Part shown: piece after piece, positions 12,492-24,340 of the stretch
Layout of the letters: the number at the start of each line of letters is the position of its first letter
Numbering within the stretch: the first letter of the stretch is position 1
Assembly (NCBI RefSeq): GCF_032444005.1
Contig: NC_091283.1
Span: 159,464,001 to 159,528,000, forward strand
Direction of reading: 5' to 3'
Length of the DNA stretch: 64,000 bases
Source of the DNA: Ranitomeya imitator
Lineage: Eukaryota
The notes under the pieces: generated by a model
What the model was told of the DNA's origin: nothing
The model's database searches: none
What the model saw: the letters and a program-made list of their open reading frames with translations, nothing else
Program-made: the position numbers and the translations under genes

Positions 12492-14103
12492 CAGGTCCTT
12501 CTCAAAAAATTAGCATATAGTGTTAAATTTCATTATTTACCATAATGTAATGATTACAATTAAACTTTCATATATTATAGATTCATTATCCACCAACTGA
12601 AATTTGTCAGGTCTTTTATTGTTTTAATACTGATGATTTTGGCATACAACTCCTGATAACCCAAAAAACCTGTCTCAATAAATTAGCATATCAAGAAAAG
12701 GTTCTCTAAACGACCTATTACCCTAATCTTCTGAATCAACTAATTAACTCTAAACACATGCAAAAGATACCTGAGGCTTTTATAAACTCCCTGCCTGGTT
12801 CATTACTCAAAACCCCCATCATGGGTAAGACTAGCGACCTGACAGATGTCAAGAAGGCCATCATTGACACCTTCAAGCAAGAGGGTAAGACCCAGAAAGA
12901 AATTTCTCAACAAATAGGCTGTTCCCAGAGTGCTGTATCAAGGCACCTCAATGGTAAGTCTGTTGGAAGGAAACAATGTGGCAGAAAACGCTGTACAACG
13001 AGAAGAGGAGACCGGACCCTGAGGAAGATTGTGGAGAAGGACCGATTCCAGACCTTGGGGAACCTGAGGAAGCAGTGGACTGAGTCTGGTGTGGAAACAT
13101 CCAGAGCCACGGTGCACAGGCGTGTGCAGGAAATGGGCTACAGGTGCCGCATTCCCCAGGTAAAGCCACTTTTGAACCATAAACAGCGGCAGAGGCGCCT
13201 GACCTGGGCTACAGAGAAGCAGCACTGGACTGTTGCTAAGTGGTCCCAAGTACTTTTTTCTGATGAAAGCAAATTTTGCATGTCATTCGGAAATCAAGGT
13301 GCCAGAGTCTGGAGGAAGACTGGGGAGAAGGAAATGCCAAAATGCCTGAAGTCCAGTGTCAAGTACCCACAGTCAGTGATGGTGTGGGGTGCCATGTCAG
13401 CTGCTGGTGTTGGTCCACTGTGTTTCATCAAGGGCAGGGTCAATGCAGCTAGCTATCAGGAGATTTTGGAGCACTTCATGCTTCCATCGGCTGAAATGCT
13501 TTATGGAGATGAAGATTTCATTTTTCAGCACGACCTGGCACCTGCTCACAGTGCCAAAACCACTGGTGAATGGTTTACTGACCATGGTATTACTGTGCTC
13601 AATTGGCCTGCCAACTCTCCTGACCTGAACCCCATAGAGAATCTGTGGGATATTGTGAAGAGAAAGTTGAGAGACGCAAGACCCAACACTCTGGATGAGC
13701 TTAAGGCCGCTATTGAAGCATCCTGGGCCTCCATAATATCTCAGCAGTGTCACAGGCTGATTGCCTCCATGCCACGCCGCATTGAAGCAGTCATTTCTGC
13801 CAAAGGATTCCCGACCAAGTATTGAGTGCATAACTGAACATTATTATTTGATGGTTTTTTTGTTTGTTATTAAAAAACACTTTTATTTGATTGGATGGGT
13901 GAAATATGCTAATTTATTGAGACAGGTTTTTTGGGTTATCAGGAGTTGTATGCCAAAATCATCAGTATTAAAACAATAAAAGACCTGACAAATTTCAGTT
14001 GGTGGATAATGAATCTATAATATATGAAAGTTTAATTGTAATCATTACATTATGGTAAATAATGAAATTTAACACTATATGCTAATTTTTTGAGAAGGAC
14101 CTG
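12492..14103 (+). mobile_element. Tc1/mariner transposon family A, copy 1 (intact, IR/DR-type ~200-bp TIRs)
   Basis: TA|CAGGTCCTTCTCAAAAAATTAGCATA...TATGCTAATTTTTTGAGAAGGACCTG|TA. TIRs at ~12492-12691 and 13904-14103, with an internal repeated AATTAGCATAT. Confidence 0.95.
12821..13825 (+). CDS. Tc1 DD34E transposase (334 aa from MGKTSDL)
   Basis: N-terminal HTH region, FSDESKF, FQHDLAP and [11 protein letters not shown], with no stops. Confidence 0.93.
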   Translation: MGKTSDLTDVKKAIIDTFKQEGKTQKEISQQIGCSQSAVSRHLNGKSVGRKQCGRKRCTTRRGDRTLRKIVEKDRFQTLGNLRKQWTESGVETSRATVHRRVQEMGYRCRIPQVKPLLNHKQRQRRLTWATEKQHWTVAKWSQVLFSDESKFCMSFGNQGARVWRKTGEKEMPKCLKSSVKYPQSVMVWGAMSAAGVGPLCFIKGRVNAASYQEILEHFMLPSAEMLYGDEDFIFQHDLAPAHSAKTTGEWFTDHGITVLNWPANSPDLNPIENLWDIVKRKLRDARPNTLDELKAAIEASWASIISQQCHRLIASMPRRIEAVISAKGFPTKY

Positions 14104-14879
14104 TAACTTTTGGAGAGCAGTGCCCCTCTGCTTGCAGTCCTACCATCTACACATGAACATAAACATGAGCTAATGTGAGAAGCCTTTAGTTGCTTAGAGG
14201 TTACCTTGGGTGCCTTTCTGACCTCACATACTATTATACGCCTTGCTCTTAGGCCGGGGTCACACTCGGCGTATGAAAATACGGTCTGTTTTTTACGGCC
14301 GTAATACGCAGAAATGTTCCAAAAATAGTGATCCGTATGTCATCCGTAGGCAGGGTGTGGCAGCATATTTTGCGCATGTCATCCTCTGTATGTAATCCGT
14401 ATGGCATCCGTACTGCGAGATTTTCTCGCTGGCTTGCAAAACGGACATACAATGGATCCAGGGGTGAACCTAGCCTCTTTGCTGCCTGAGGCGAACGGAA
14501 AAAATGGGCCCCCCCCCCCCCCCCACAGTCCCTGCTGGAAGGAGGGAGGGAGGAGGGGGGGCGGGCACTTGACCTTGGAGTTTTATTAAAAAAAAAACAA
14601 ACAAAAAAAACAAAACCTAGCAGCGCAAATCCAGTTACCGTATATACTCGAGTATAAGCCGACCCCCCCTAATTTTGCCACAAAAAACTGGGAAAACTTA
14701 ATGACTCAAGTATAAGCCTAGGGTGGAAAATGCAGCAGCTACCGGTAAATTTCAAAAGTAAAAGTAGATACCAATAAAAGTAAAATTAATTGAGACATCA
14801 GTAGGTTAAGTGTTTTTGAATATCCATATTGAATCAGGAGCCTCATATAATGCTTCATAAAGTTTGATGGGCCCCATTA

Positions 14880-15370
14880 GATGCTCCATATTAAAATATG
14901 CATATAATCCTGCATGGTAATAAGGGCCCCATAAGATGCTCCATAGAGATATTTGCCCTATATAGTGCTGCACAAGCGTTATGGCCCCATAAGATGCTCC
15001 ATACAGCCACTTGCCCCTTATAGTGCTGCACAAGTGTTATGGCCCCATACAGATGCTCCATAGAGTCACTGCCCCATATAGTGCTGCACAAACGTTATGG
15101 CCCCATAAGATGCTCCGTACAGCCACTTGCCCCTTATAGTGCTGCACAAGTGTTATGGCCCCATACAGATGCTCCGCACAGCCACTTGCCCAATATGGTG
15201 CTGCACAAGAGTTATGGCCCCATAAGATGCTCCGCACAGCCACTTGCCCCTTATAGTGCTGCACAAGTATTATGGCCCCATTCAGATGCTCCGCACAGCC
15301 ACTTACCCCATATAGTGCTGCACAAGTGTTATGGCCCCATAAGATGCTCCGTATAGTCACTTGCCCCATA
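14880..15370. repeat. ~58-bp tandem repeat (~8 copies)
   Basis: Unit GTGCTGCACAAGTGTTATGGCCCCATAAGATGCTCCATACAGCCACTTGCCCCTTATA with variants. Confidence 0.85.
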
Positions 15371-15580
15371 TGCTTTTGCTTTTTATAAAAAAAAATAAAT
15401 GACATACTCACCTCTCTTCGCTCAGGACCCCGGCACTGGCAATATTTACCTGCTCCTCGTGCGGCTCCGTCTTCGGAACTGACGTTCAGCAGAGAGCGCG
15501 CACTGACTACGTCACCGCGCCCTCTGACCTGAGCGTCACTGCCAGAGGACGCTGAAGACGAAGCCGCACTGGAAGATGGA

Positions 15581-16684
15581 ATCCATCTGAAGGGGTTAAA
15601 TAATTTTACAAGCAGGAGCCTGCTAATGCAGCTGTGCTCCGGTGTTATGGCTGGCAATCAGGCAACACAGCGTGCAGTAATCAGCGCACATACAGAGATC
15701 TGGCAATAACCAAAAACAATAGGACGAGCTCTGAGACGTGGAATCTCTGTAGACTGCAGTACCTGATCTATCCTCACACAACTATAAGCAGCAGTGGATT
15801 GCGCCTATCACTACCTATGCAACTCGGCACTGCCTGAGGAGCTGACTAGCCTGAAGATAGAAATACAAGCCTGACTTACCTCAGAGAAATACCCCAAAGG
15901 AATAGGCAGCCCCCCACATATAATGACTGTTAGCAAGATGAAAAGACAAACGTAGGAATGAAATAGATTCAGCAAAGTGAGGCCCGATATTCTAGACAGA
16001 GCGAGGATAGCAAAGAGAACTATGCAGTCTACAAAAAACCCTAAAACGAAAACCACGCAAAGGGGCAAAAAGACCCACCGTGCCGAACTAACAGCACGGC
16101 GGTGCACTCCTTTGCTTCTCAGAGCTTCCAGCAAAAGTTAATAGCAAGCTGGACAGAAAAAACAGAAAACAAACTAGAAGCACTTATCTAGCAGAGCAGC
16201 AGGCCCAAGGAAAGATGCAGTAGCTCAGATCCAACACTGGAACATTGACAAGGAGCAAGGAAGACAGACTCAGGTGGAGCTAAATAGCAAGGCAGCCAAC
16301 GAGCTCACCAAAACACCTGAGGGAGGAAACCCAGAGACTGCAATACCACTTGTGACCACAGAAGTGAATTCAGCCACAGAATTCACAACACTCCGGACTG
16401 TAAAATCTGGGGAATGAATGGAAAGCAGGGGAACGTAGCTACCTAGACTTGCGGTTCTGTGCCCCCTGCTGGTATAACCTCAGATGAACTCTGGCATGGG
16501 AATTTTTCTGAATATTTTCTCACGCTCGAGTTCATCTGAGGTTATGCCAGCAGGGGGTGAAGCACCGCAAGTCCAGGTAGCTACGTTCCCCTGCTTTCCA
16601 TTCATTCCCCAGATTTTACAGTCAGGAGCACAGCTGCATTAGCAGGCTCCTGCTTGTAAAATTATTTAACCCCTTCAGATGGAT
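15581..16684. repeat. Long inverted repeat (~157-bp arms, 36-nt spacer) with the left arm interrupted by a solo LTR
   Basis: 15581-15642 joined to 16397-16491 is the reverse complement of 16528-16684, with few mismatches. Confidence 0.85.
15643..16390 (-). mobile_element. Solo LTR (748 bp)
   Basis: Termini TGTTGTGAATT...TAACA on the minus strand. 6-bp TSD CTCCGG. Homologous to 54833-55645. Confidence 0.8.
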
Positions 16685-17403
16685 TTACAGCGTGGGACAA
16701 GACTGAACGACGGAAGGTATGGGATATTGTTGATTTTTTATTGTTCCTTTTTTACAGAACGAGGGTCTTCAATTAGATTGAGAGTATAATAAACTATTAC
16801 AACACCCTGTGTCTTTCTTTCAATAAAATACTTTTTTCATAATGTGTGTGTGTTTTATTAACCATTTACTACTATTGGATTAATAATGGATAGGTGTCTT
16901 ACTGACACCTCTCCATTATTAATCTGGCTTAATGTCACCTTACAATAGCAAGGTGACATTAACCCTTTATTACCCCATATCCCACCGCTACACGAGAGTG
17001 GGAAGAGAGAGGCTAAGTGCCAGAATAGGTGCATCTTTACAGATGTGCCTTTTCTGGGGTGGCTGGGGGCAGATGTTTTTAGCCAGGGGGGGTCTTATAA
17101 CCATGGTCCCTCTAAAGGCTATTTAGATCTGTCCTCAGTCACTGGCTTTCCCACTCTGGTGGAGAAAATTGCGCGGGAGCCCAGGCCAGTTTTTTCTGCG
17201 ATTTAACCCTTTATTTTATCAGCTAGAGCCCCCAAATTTGGCACATACACACTACTAACATTAGTAGTGAGGAATATGCCAAAAAAAGGGATATGAAATG
17301 GTTTACTGTATGTAAACCATGTCTAATATTATGTCGGGTTTGGGAAGGAGATAGTAAAAGACGGCAATTGAATTACCGGCTTTTCTGCTATCTAGCGCTG
17401 TAT

Positions 17404-17444
<41 letters not shown>

Positions 17445-17472
17445 CTCACTGACATATATATATACATATATA

Positions 17473-19078
17473 CAGTGGGGCAAAAAAGTATTTAGTCAGT
17501 CAGCAATAGTGCAAGTTCCACCACTTAAAAAGATGAGAGGCGTCTGTAATTTACATCATAGGTAGACCTCAACTATGGGAGACAAACTGAGAAAAAAAAT
17601 CCAGAAAATCACATTGTCTGTTTTTTTAACATTTTATTTGCATATTATGGTGGAAAATAAGTATTTGGTCAGAAACAAAATTTCATCTCAATACTTTGTA
17701 ATATATCCTTTGTTGGCAATGACAGAGGTCAAACGTTTTCTGTAAGTCTTCACAAGGTTGCCACACACTGTTGTTGGTATGTTGGCCCATTCCTCTATGC
17801 AGATCTCCTCTAGAGCAGTGATGTTTTTGGCTTTTCGCTTGGCAACACGGACTTTCAACTCCCTCCAAAGGTTTTCTATAGGGTTGAGATCTGGAGACTG
17901 GCTAGGCCACTCCAGGACCTTGAAATGCTTCTTACGAAGCCACTCCTTCGTTGCCCTGGCGGTGTGCTTTGGATCATTGTCATGTTGAAAGACCCAGCCA
18001 CGTTTCATGTTCAATGCCCTTGCTGATGGAAGGAGGTTTGCACTCAAAATCTCACGATACATGGCCCCATTCATTCTTTCATGTACCCGGATCAGTCGTC
18101 CTGGCCCCTTTGCAGAGAAACAGCCCCAAAGCATGATGTTTCCACCACCATGCTTTACAGTAGGTATGGTGTTTGATGGATGCAACTCAGTATTCTTTTT
18201 CCTCCAAACACGACAAGTTGTGTTTCTACCAAACAGTTCCAGTTTGGTTTCATCAGACCATAGGACATTCTCCCAAAACTCCTCTGGATCATCCAAATGC
18301 TCTCTAGCAAACTTCAGATGGGCCCGGACATGTACTGGCTTAAGCAGTGGGACACGTCTGGCACTGCAGGATCTGAGTCCATGGTGGCGTAGTGTGTTAC
18401 TTATGGTAGGCCTTGTTACATTGGTCCCAGCTCTCTGCAGTTCATTCACTAGGTCCCCCCGCGTGGTTCTGGGATTTTTGCTCACCGTTCTTGTGATCAT
18501 TCTGACCCCACAGGGTGGAATTTTGCGTGGAGCCCCAGATCGAGGGAGATTATCAGTGGTCTTGTATGTCTTCCATTTCCTAATTATTGCTCCCACTGTT
18601 GATTTCTTCACTCCAAGCTGGTTGGCTATTGCAGATTCAGTCTTCCCAGCCTGGTGCAGGGCTACAATTTTGTTTCTGGTGTCCTTTGACAGCTCTTTGG
18701 TCTTCACCATAGTGGAGTTTGGAGTCAGACTGTTTGAGGGTGTGCACAGGTGTCTTTTTATACTGATAACAAGTTTAAACAGGTGCCATTACTACAGGTA
18801 ATGAGTGGAGGAAAGAGGAGACTCTTAAAGAAGAAGTTACAGGTCTGGGAGAGCCAGAAATCTTGATTGTTTGTTTCTGACCAAATACTTATTTTCCACC
18901 ATAATATGCAAATAAAATGATAAAAAAAACAGACAATGTGATTTTGTGATTTTTTTTTTCTCAGTTTGTCTCCCATAGTTGAGGTCTACCTATGATGTAA
19001 ATTACAGACGCCTCTCATCTTTTTAAGTGGTGGAACTTGCACTATTGCTGACTGACTAAATACTTTTTTGCCCCACTG
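17473..19078 (-). mobile_element. Tc1/mariner transposon family B (intact)
   Basis: TA|CAGTGGGGCAAAAAAGTATTTAGTCAGTCAGC...GCTGACTGACTAAATACTTTTTTGCCCCACTG|TA, with ~200-bp TIRs, inserted into a TA-rich tract. Confidence 0.95.
17688..18710 (-). CDS. Tc1 DD34E transposase (340 aa)
   Basis: MVKTKELS N-terminus, [15 protein letters not shown] and [11 protein letters not shown], with no stops. Confidence 0.93.
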   Translation of the reverse strand: MVKTKELSKDTRNKIVALHQAGKTESAIANQLGVKKSTVGAIIRKWKTYKTTDNLPRSGAPRKIPPCGVRMITRTVSKNPRTTRGDLVNELQRAGTNVTRPTISNTLRHHGLRSCSARRVPLLKPVHVRAHLKFAREHLDDPEEFWENVLWSDETKLELFGRNTTCRVWRKKNTELHPSNTIPTVKHGGGNIMLWGCFSAKGPGRLIRVHERMNGAMYREILSANLLPSARALNMKRGWVFQHDNDPKHTARATKEWLRKKHFKVLEWPSQSPDLNPIENLWRELKVRVAKRKAKNITALEEICIEEWANIPTTVCGNLVKTYRKRLTSVIANKGYITKY

Positions 19079-19654
19079 TATATACCCCTATACTATGTGT
19101 AGACATTTATTTTAGCTATTCTAGTCTAACCTGTCAGCGTGATTTTACTGTACACCGCACTGAATTGCCGGCTTTCCTATAGAACACCGCTGCGTATTTC
19201 TCGCAAGTCACACTGTTGGTCCATGTGTAATCCGTATTTTTCTCGCCCCATTGACTTTCATTGGTGGATTTTTTGCGCAATACGCTGACAAACGCAGCAT
19301 GCTGCGATTTTCTATGGCTGTACAATACTGTATAATACGGATGCGTAAAATACGGCAGATAGGAGCTGCCCCTTAGAAAATCATTGGTCCGTGTGCAATG
19401 CGTATTTTCTGCGCCTCTCATACGTCTGTTAAACTCGCTAGTGTGACCCCGGCCTTAGAATGATCTTTCTTGCTCCATCCCATATGTAGATGATGTTGAA
19501 TTCCCCCATTTATGCACAATATGTCTGACTGTCGATTGGTGAAGGTTTAGGAAATAGTTTAATAACCTTTTCAAACCAGATGAGCATCAACAACTCCTCT
19601 CCTGAGATTCTCATAAATCTCCTTTATTCACACTTCCACAAATATGTTGCTTAA

Positions 19655-20045
19655 GTCTCTTTCACATTTCTGTCGGTACAGGGCCGTCGCAAACCGTCGG
19701 CCCGACGTACCGACGGACGTTGTGCAAAATAGCGCACAACGAGGGCAGCGGATGCAGTTTTCAGACCCATCCACAGCCTATTATGAGTTCCGGGGAGGAG
19801 GGGGTGGAGTTTCGGCCGCACATGCGCGATCGAAAATGGCTGACGCGTCGCACAAAAAAAGTTACAATGAACTTTTTTGTGTTGACAGTCGGCCAATTAC
19901 CGACGCATCCAGTGCACGACGTATGCGTCGGTAATACAAGTCTATGTGCAAAAAACGCATCCTGCAGGCAACTTTGCAGGATGTGTTTTTTGCACAGAAC
20001 GACTCATTGCAACGTCTTTATAAAGACGGAAGTGTGAAAGTAGCC
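19655..20045. mobile_element. Harbinger-type MITE (GGCTACTTTCACAC family)
   Basis: Right end GTGTGAAAGTAGCC, degenerate left end, TSD TAA. Internally homologous to 22341-22735. Confidence 0.75.
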
Positions 20046-21095
20046 TAAGACCATACTTTGATAGAACCCTGTTCTTTATATAAAACAGGTCGCCCACTCA
20101 CATCTGATTTGTTATCCCATTGATTCAAAACACATGACTCTTAATATGAAGGTGAAATTATCTGCTAATCATAAAGGGTCACATACTTTTGCCACTCACA
20201 GATGTGATTTTGGATAATTTTCCTGATTTAAAAAAAAAGCAAAGTCTAATTGGTTGACCCATTTGCTTGGTTTGTTTCTTTGAGACTTGTGTAAAAATCT
20301 AATGTAGTTTTCCGTCAAATTTATGCAGAAATTTGGAACATTTGGACTTGTTTACAAACTTACGAGGACCTCTGTATCTATCTATCTATTCTGTGCCATA
20401 ATTATAAAATGATTGATCGCCCAGACATTAATGCCAGGGAGGAACCCACAGATCACTCTGCTCCGGGTGGGCTATTACGGGGACAGGGCAGCTGTCTCAA
20501 TATTTGGCTGAGCGGAAGCCTCACTGCGCCTCTGATCTATCTCTGTTTCTCTTGTGATGTGTAGCGCTAATTAATTCCCCCGTCTCCTCTCCTCGCGCCT
20601 CCGATCACAGAATATTCTTTTATTCTCCCACACACAGAATCTTTAGTCGTTTGTGGAAGAAATCTGCAGACAGGATTGACAGGCAGCATCTAATCCCCCC
20701 AGGAGACAGCTCTGGGATTATCTATAGGCTGAGGTTCCCTTTAATCTAAGTGCTAATAGGAGTGAGTACAGATAGGGATGGAGAGGTTTCCCCTTACAGT
20801 ATCACTAAATAATCAAAGGGGGGAAGGGAAGTACTACACCTCCCATCCTCCTACAAACTAGGGGTGATGGTAAACATGCTGCAACCAAGCCAAAATGTGC
20901 CGCAAATCTAGTATGTTGGGATGTCGCTAAGTGCGCACTGATGTAGGATATGGCGGCATTAAAGCTGGCGGGATCTTCCATAGGGAAAACATGGATCTCA
21001 ATGACCTGCAGATCCGCCATCCAGTGCAAGATGGAAAGGATCAGAGATTGAGGGAGAGATTTACAAGGAAGAAAACCAGTGAGAAGCTGACAACC

Positions 21096-21234
21096 NNNNN
21101 NNNNNNNNNNNNNNNNNNNNNNNNNNNNNNNNNNNNNNNNNNNNNNNNNNNNNNNNNNNNNNNNNNNNNNNNNNNNNNNNNNNNNNNNNNNNNNNNNNNN
21201 NNNNNNNNNNNNNNNNNNNNNNNNNNNNNNNNNN
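21096..21234. other. Assembly gap (139 N)
   Basis: Run of N directly preceding a satellite array. The true length is unknown. Confidence 0.99.
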
Positions 21235-22270
21235 CAGCAGTCAGTATCATACAGGATGGGATTAGATATACAGCTCAGCAGTCAGTATCACACAGGATGG
21301 GATTAGATACACGGCTCAGCAGTCAGTATCAAACAGGATGGGATTAGATACACAGCTCAGCAGACAGTATCACACAGGATGGGATTAGATACACAGCTCA
21401 GCAGTCAGTATCAAACAGGATGGGATTAGATACACAGCTCAGCAGACAGTATCACATAGGATGGGATTAGATACACAGCTCAGCAGTCAGTATCACACAG
21501 GATGGGATTAGATACATGGCTCAGCAGACAGTATCACAGGATAGGATTAGATACACGGCTCAGCAGACAGTATCGCACAGGATGGGATTAGATACACAGC
21601 TCAGCAGACAGTATCACACAGGATAGGATTAGATACACAGCTCAGCAGACAGTATCACACAGGATAGGATTAGATACAAGGCTCAGCAGACAGTATCACA
21701 CAGGATAGGATTAGATACCTGTCTCAGCAGATAGTATCACACAGGATAGGATTATATACACAGCTCAGTATACAGTATCACACAGGATGGGATTAGATAC
21801 ACAGCTCAGCACAGCACACAACATCACACAGGATGGGATTAGATACACAGCTCAGCACACTGTATCATACAGGAGAGGATTAGATACACAGCAGCTCAGC
21901 AGACAGTATCGCACAGGACAGGATTAGATACACAGCTCAGCAGACAGTAACACATAGGATAGGATTAGATACACTGCTCAGCAGATAGCATCACACAGGA
22001 TAGGATTAGATACATGGCTCAGCAGATAGCATCACACAGGATAGGATTAGATACACTGCTCGGCAGATAGCATCACACAGGATAGGATTAGATACATGGC
22101 TCAGCAGACAGTATCACAAAGGATAGGATTAGATACACAGGTCAGCAGACAGTATCACACAGGATAGGATTAGATCCACAGCTCAGCAGATAGTATCACA
22201 CACAATAGGATTAGATACACAGTTCAGCAAACAGTATCACGCGTGATAGGCATAGATATAACATCTCAGC
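21235..22270. repeat. 41-bp minisatellite (~25 copies visible)
   Basis: Unit CAGCAGACAGTATCACACAGGATAGGATTAGATACACAGCT with period 41. Also present at ~47930-48190. Confidence 0.93.
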
Positions 22271-22340
22271 AGTATATTCCCCCCCCTTCCCCCCCCCCCC
22301 CCCCCCCCCGTCAATATTGTATAAGACCCTAAGACACTAT

Positions 22341-22735
22341 GGCTACTTTCACACTTGCGTCGGCCCGACGTACCGACGCAAACTGCGGAAAAAAAAGAAC
22401 AACGGGGGCAGCGGATGCAGTTTTACAACGCATCCGCTGCCCCATTGTAAGGTCCAGGGAGGAGGGGGTGGAGTTCCGGCCGCGCATGTGCGGTCGGAAA
22501 TGGCGGACTCGACACACAAAAAAAGTTGCATGTAATTTTTTTTGTGCCGATGGTGCGCCAAAACACGACGCATCCATCGCACGACGGATGCGACGTGTGG
22601 CAATACATTGTAATGCGTCGCTAATGAAAGTCTATGGAGAAAAAACGCATCCTGCAGGCAACTTTGCAGGATGCGTTTTTTCTCCAAAACGACGCATTGC
22701 GACGTACATTAAACAACGCTATTATGAAAGTAGCC
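22341..22735. mobile_element. Harbinger-type MITE (GGCTACTTTCACAC family)
   Basis: GGCTACTTTCACAC...ATGAAAGTAGCC, with flanks TAT/TAA. Confidence 0.8.
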
Positions 22736-22829
22736 TAAGCTGACAGTGACAGTGACTAAGCCTCAGTGACAGCTGAGCCTCATACACCTGTTTGGTGGTC
22801 TGTCTTCAGCTTGTAGTTCCCCAGTTTGG

Positions 22830-23210
22830 TCAGCAGGGGCGCTGAATTCTCTTAGTGTTTGGTGTTCTGAGAATGCAGCTCCACAGTGTGACCAGCAGGG
22901 GCGCCAGATCTGCACTCAGCGGACAGTGGAGCAGCCTCAGCCTGGCAGAGCGGAGTAGAGCAGCGCAATGAGCGGACTGTGCGCCCGGAGCTCTGACCCG
23001 CCGGCTCCCGCAGCGCCCTGATCCCGGTACCAGGCTGCAGTGAGTATCCCCGGCCGTGCCGGCAGCTTTCTCTCTGTGTGGGGGGAGCAGTGCACTCTGG
23101 GGTATAGGTGACCCCTGCAGCTGGATTTTTCCGAATACTGATAAACATACCTCTAGAGTTCTGTGTGGTGCGGTGAGCGGAGCATGCTGGGACTTGTAGT
23201 TCTGGTATAG
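22830..23210 (+). promoter_or_regulatory. CpG-rich candidate promoter / non-coding first exon (donor at 23040) with a ZNF143/Staf site
   Basis: Unique GC/CpG-rich tract. Donor GCA|GTGAGT at 23040-23045. The minus strand of 23182-23202 reads GAACTACAAGTCCCAGCATGC, matching the ZNF143-THAP11 ACTACAnnTCCCAG.ATGC motif. Confidence 0.5.
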
Positions 23211-23479
23211 GACCTGGGGTCCCACAAAGTGGTAATGCGTGCTATACCCACTCCCCCATCCCCACTAGAGCTCAGGACGTCTGGGGTTTCTGATCAGCTC
23301 TGCAACTTTGTAATAGACTTTGTTCTTCACTATCTCTGCTTGCTGTTAGTGGAAACCTCATTATATCTGGTGGTGACCTGTCCTGAGTCCTGCCCTAGTG
23401 GCTGGCGCAATGTATCCGGTGTGGGCATCCTCTGTGACTGATACATTGGGCCAGGACAGGGATACCTGGGTGTAGAAGT

Positions 23480-24340
23480 GGCAGGAGTTCTGCTCCGGAG
23501 GTTGCGGCCGGAGTTCTGCTCCGGAGGTTGCGGCTAGAGTTCTGCTCCGGGGGGGAGGCTGCGGCCGGAGTTCTGCTCTGGGGGGGAGGCTGCGGCCGGA
23601 GTTCTGCTCTGGGGGGGGAGGCTGCGGCCGGAGTTCTGCTCTGGGGGGGGAGGCTGCGGCCGGAGCTCTGCTCTGGGGGGGAGGCTGCGGCCGGAGTTCT
23701 GCTCTGGGGGGGGAGGCTGCGGCCGGAGTTCTGCTCTGGGGGGGGAGGCTGCGGCCGGAGTTCTGCTCTGGGGGGGGAGGCTGCGGCCGGAGTTCTGCTC
23801 TGGGGGGGGGAGGCTGCGGCCGGAGTTCTGCTCTGGGGGGGGGAGGCTGCGGCCGGAGTTCTGCTCTGGGGGGGGAGGCTGCGGCCGGAGTTCTGCTCTG
23901 GGGGGGGGAGGCTGCGGCCGGAGTTCTGCTCTGGGGGGGGAGGCTGCGGCCGGAGTTCTGCTTTGGGGGGGGAGGCTGCGGCCGGAGTTCTGCTCTGGGG
24001 GGGGGGGGGGAGGCTGCGGCCGGAGTTCTGCTCTGGGGGGGGGGAGGCTGCGGCCGGAGTTCTGCTCTGGGGGGGGGGGAGGCTGCGGCCGGAGTTCTGC
24101 TCTGGGGGGGGGGAGGCTGCGGCCGGAGTTCTGCTCTGGGGGGGGGGGGGGGGAGGCTGCGGCCGGAGTTCTGCTTTGGGGGGGGAGGCTGCGGCCGGAG
24201 TTCTGCTCTGGGGGGGGAGGCTGCGGCCGGAGTTCTGCTCTGGGGGGGGAGGCTGCGGCCGGAGTTCTGCTCTGGGGGGGAGGCTGCGGCCGGAGTTCTG
24301 CTCTGGGGGGGGGAGGCTGCGGCCGGAGTTCTGCTCTGGA
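23480..24340. repeat. G-run VNTR (~24 copies)
   Basis: Constant core AGGCTGCGGCCGGAGTTCTGCTCT followed by a variable G run (about 7-16 G). Confidence 0.93.

Larger units (their letters stand above)
14252..19454. mobile_element. Harbinger-type composite non-autonomous element (5.2 kb including nested inserts)
   Basis: TIR GGCCGGGGTCACACT...AGTGTGACCCCGGCC with 3-bp TSD TTA on both sides. Confidence 0.8.
11841..20374 (-). mobile_element. Old degenerate Tc1 element acting as host for nested insertions
   Basis: TA-CAGAGGTGCTTGAAAATTTGTGAAC ... GTTTACAAACTTACGAGGACCTCTG-TA termini. Decayed transposase trace (ASGPGRL-like) at ~12230-12340 on the minus strand. About 1.3 kb remains after removing the inserts. 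Confidence 0.65.

Noticed and set aside
21096-21234. ORFs spanning the X run
   Set aside because: Assembly gap with no sequence information.
22831-22904. Two CAGCAGGGGCGC motifs resembling CTCF sites
   Set aside because: Each is one purine short of the CCAGCAGGGGGCGC core. This needs a PWM score or ChIP data.
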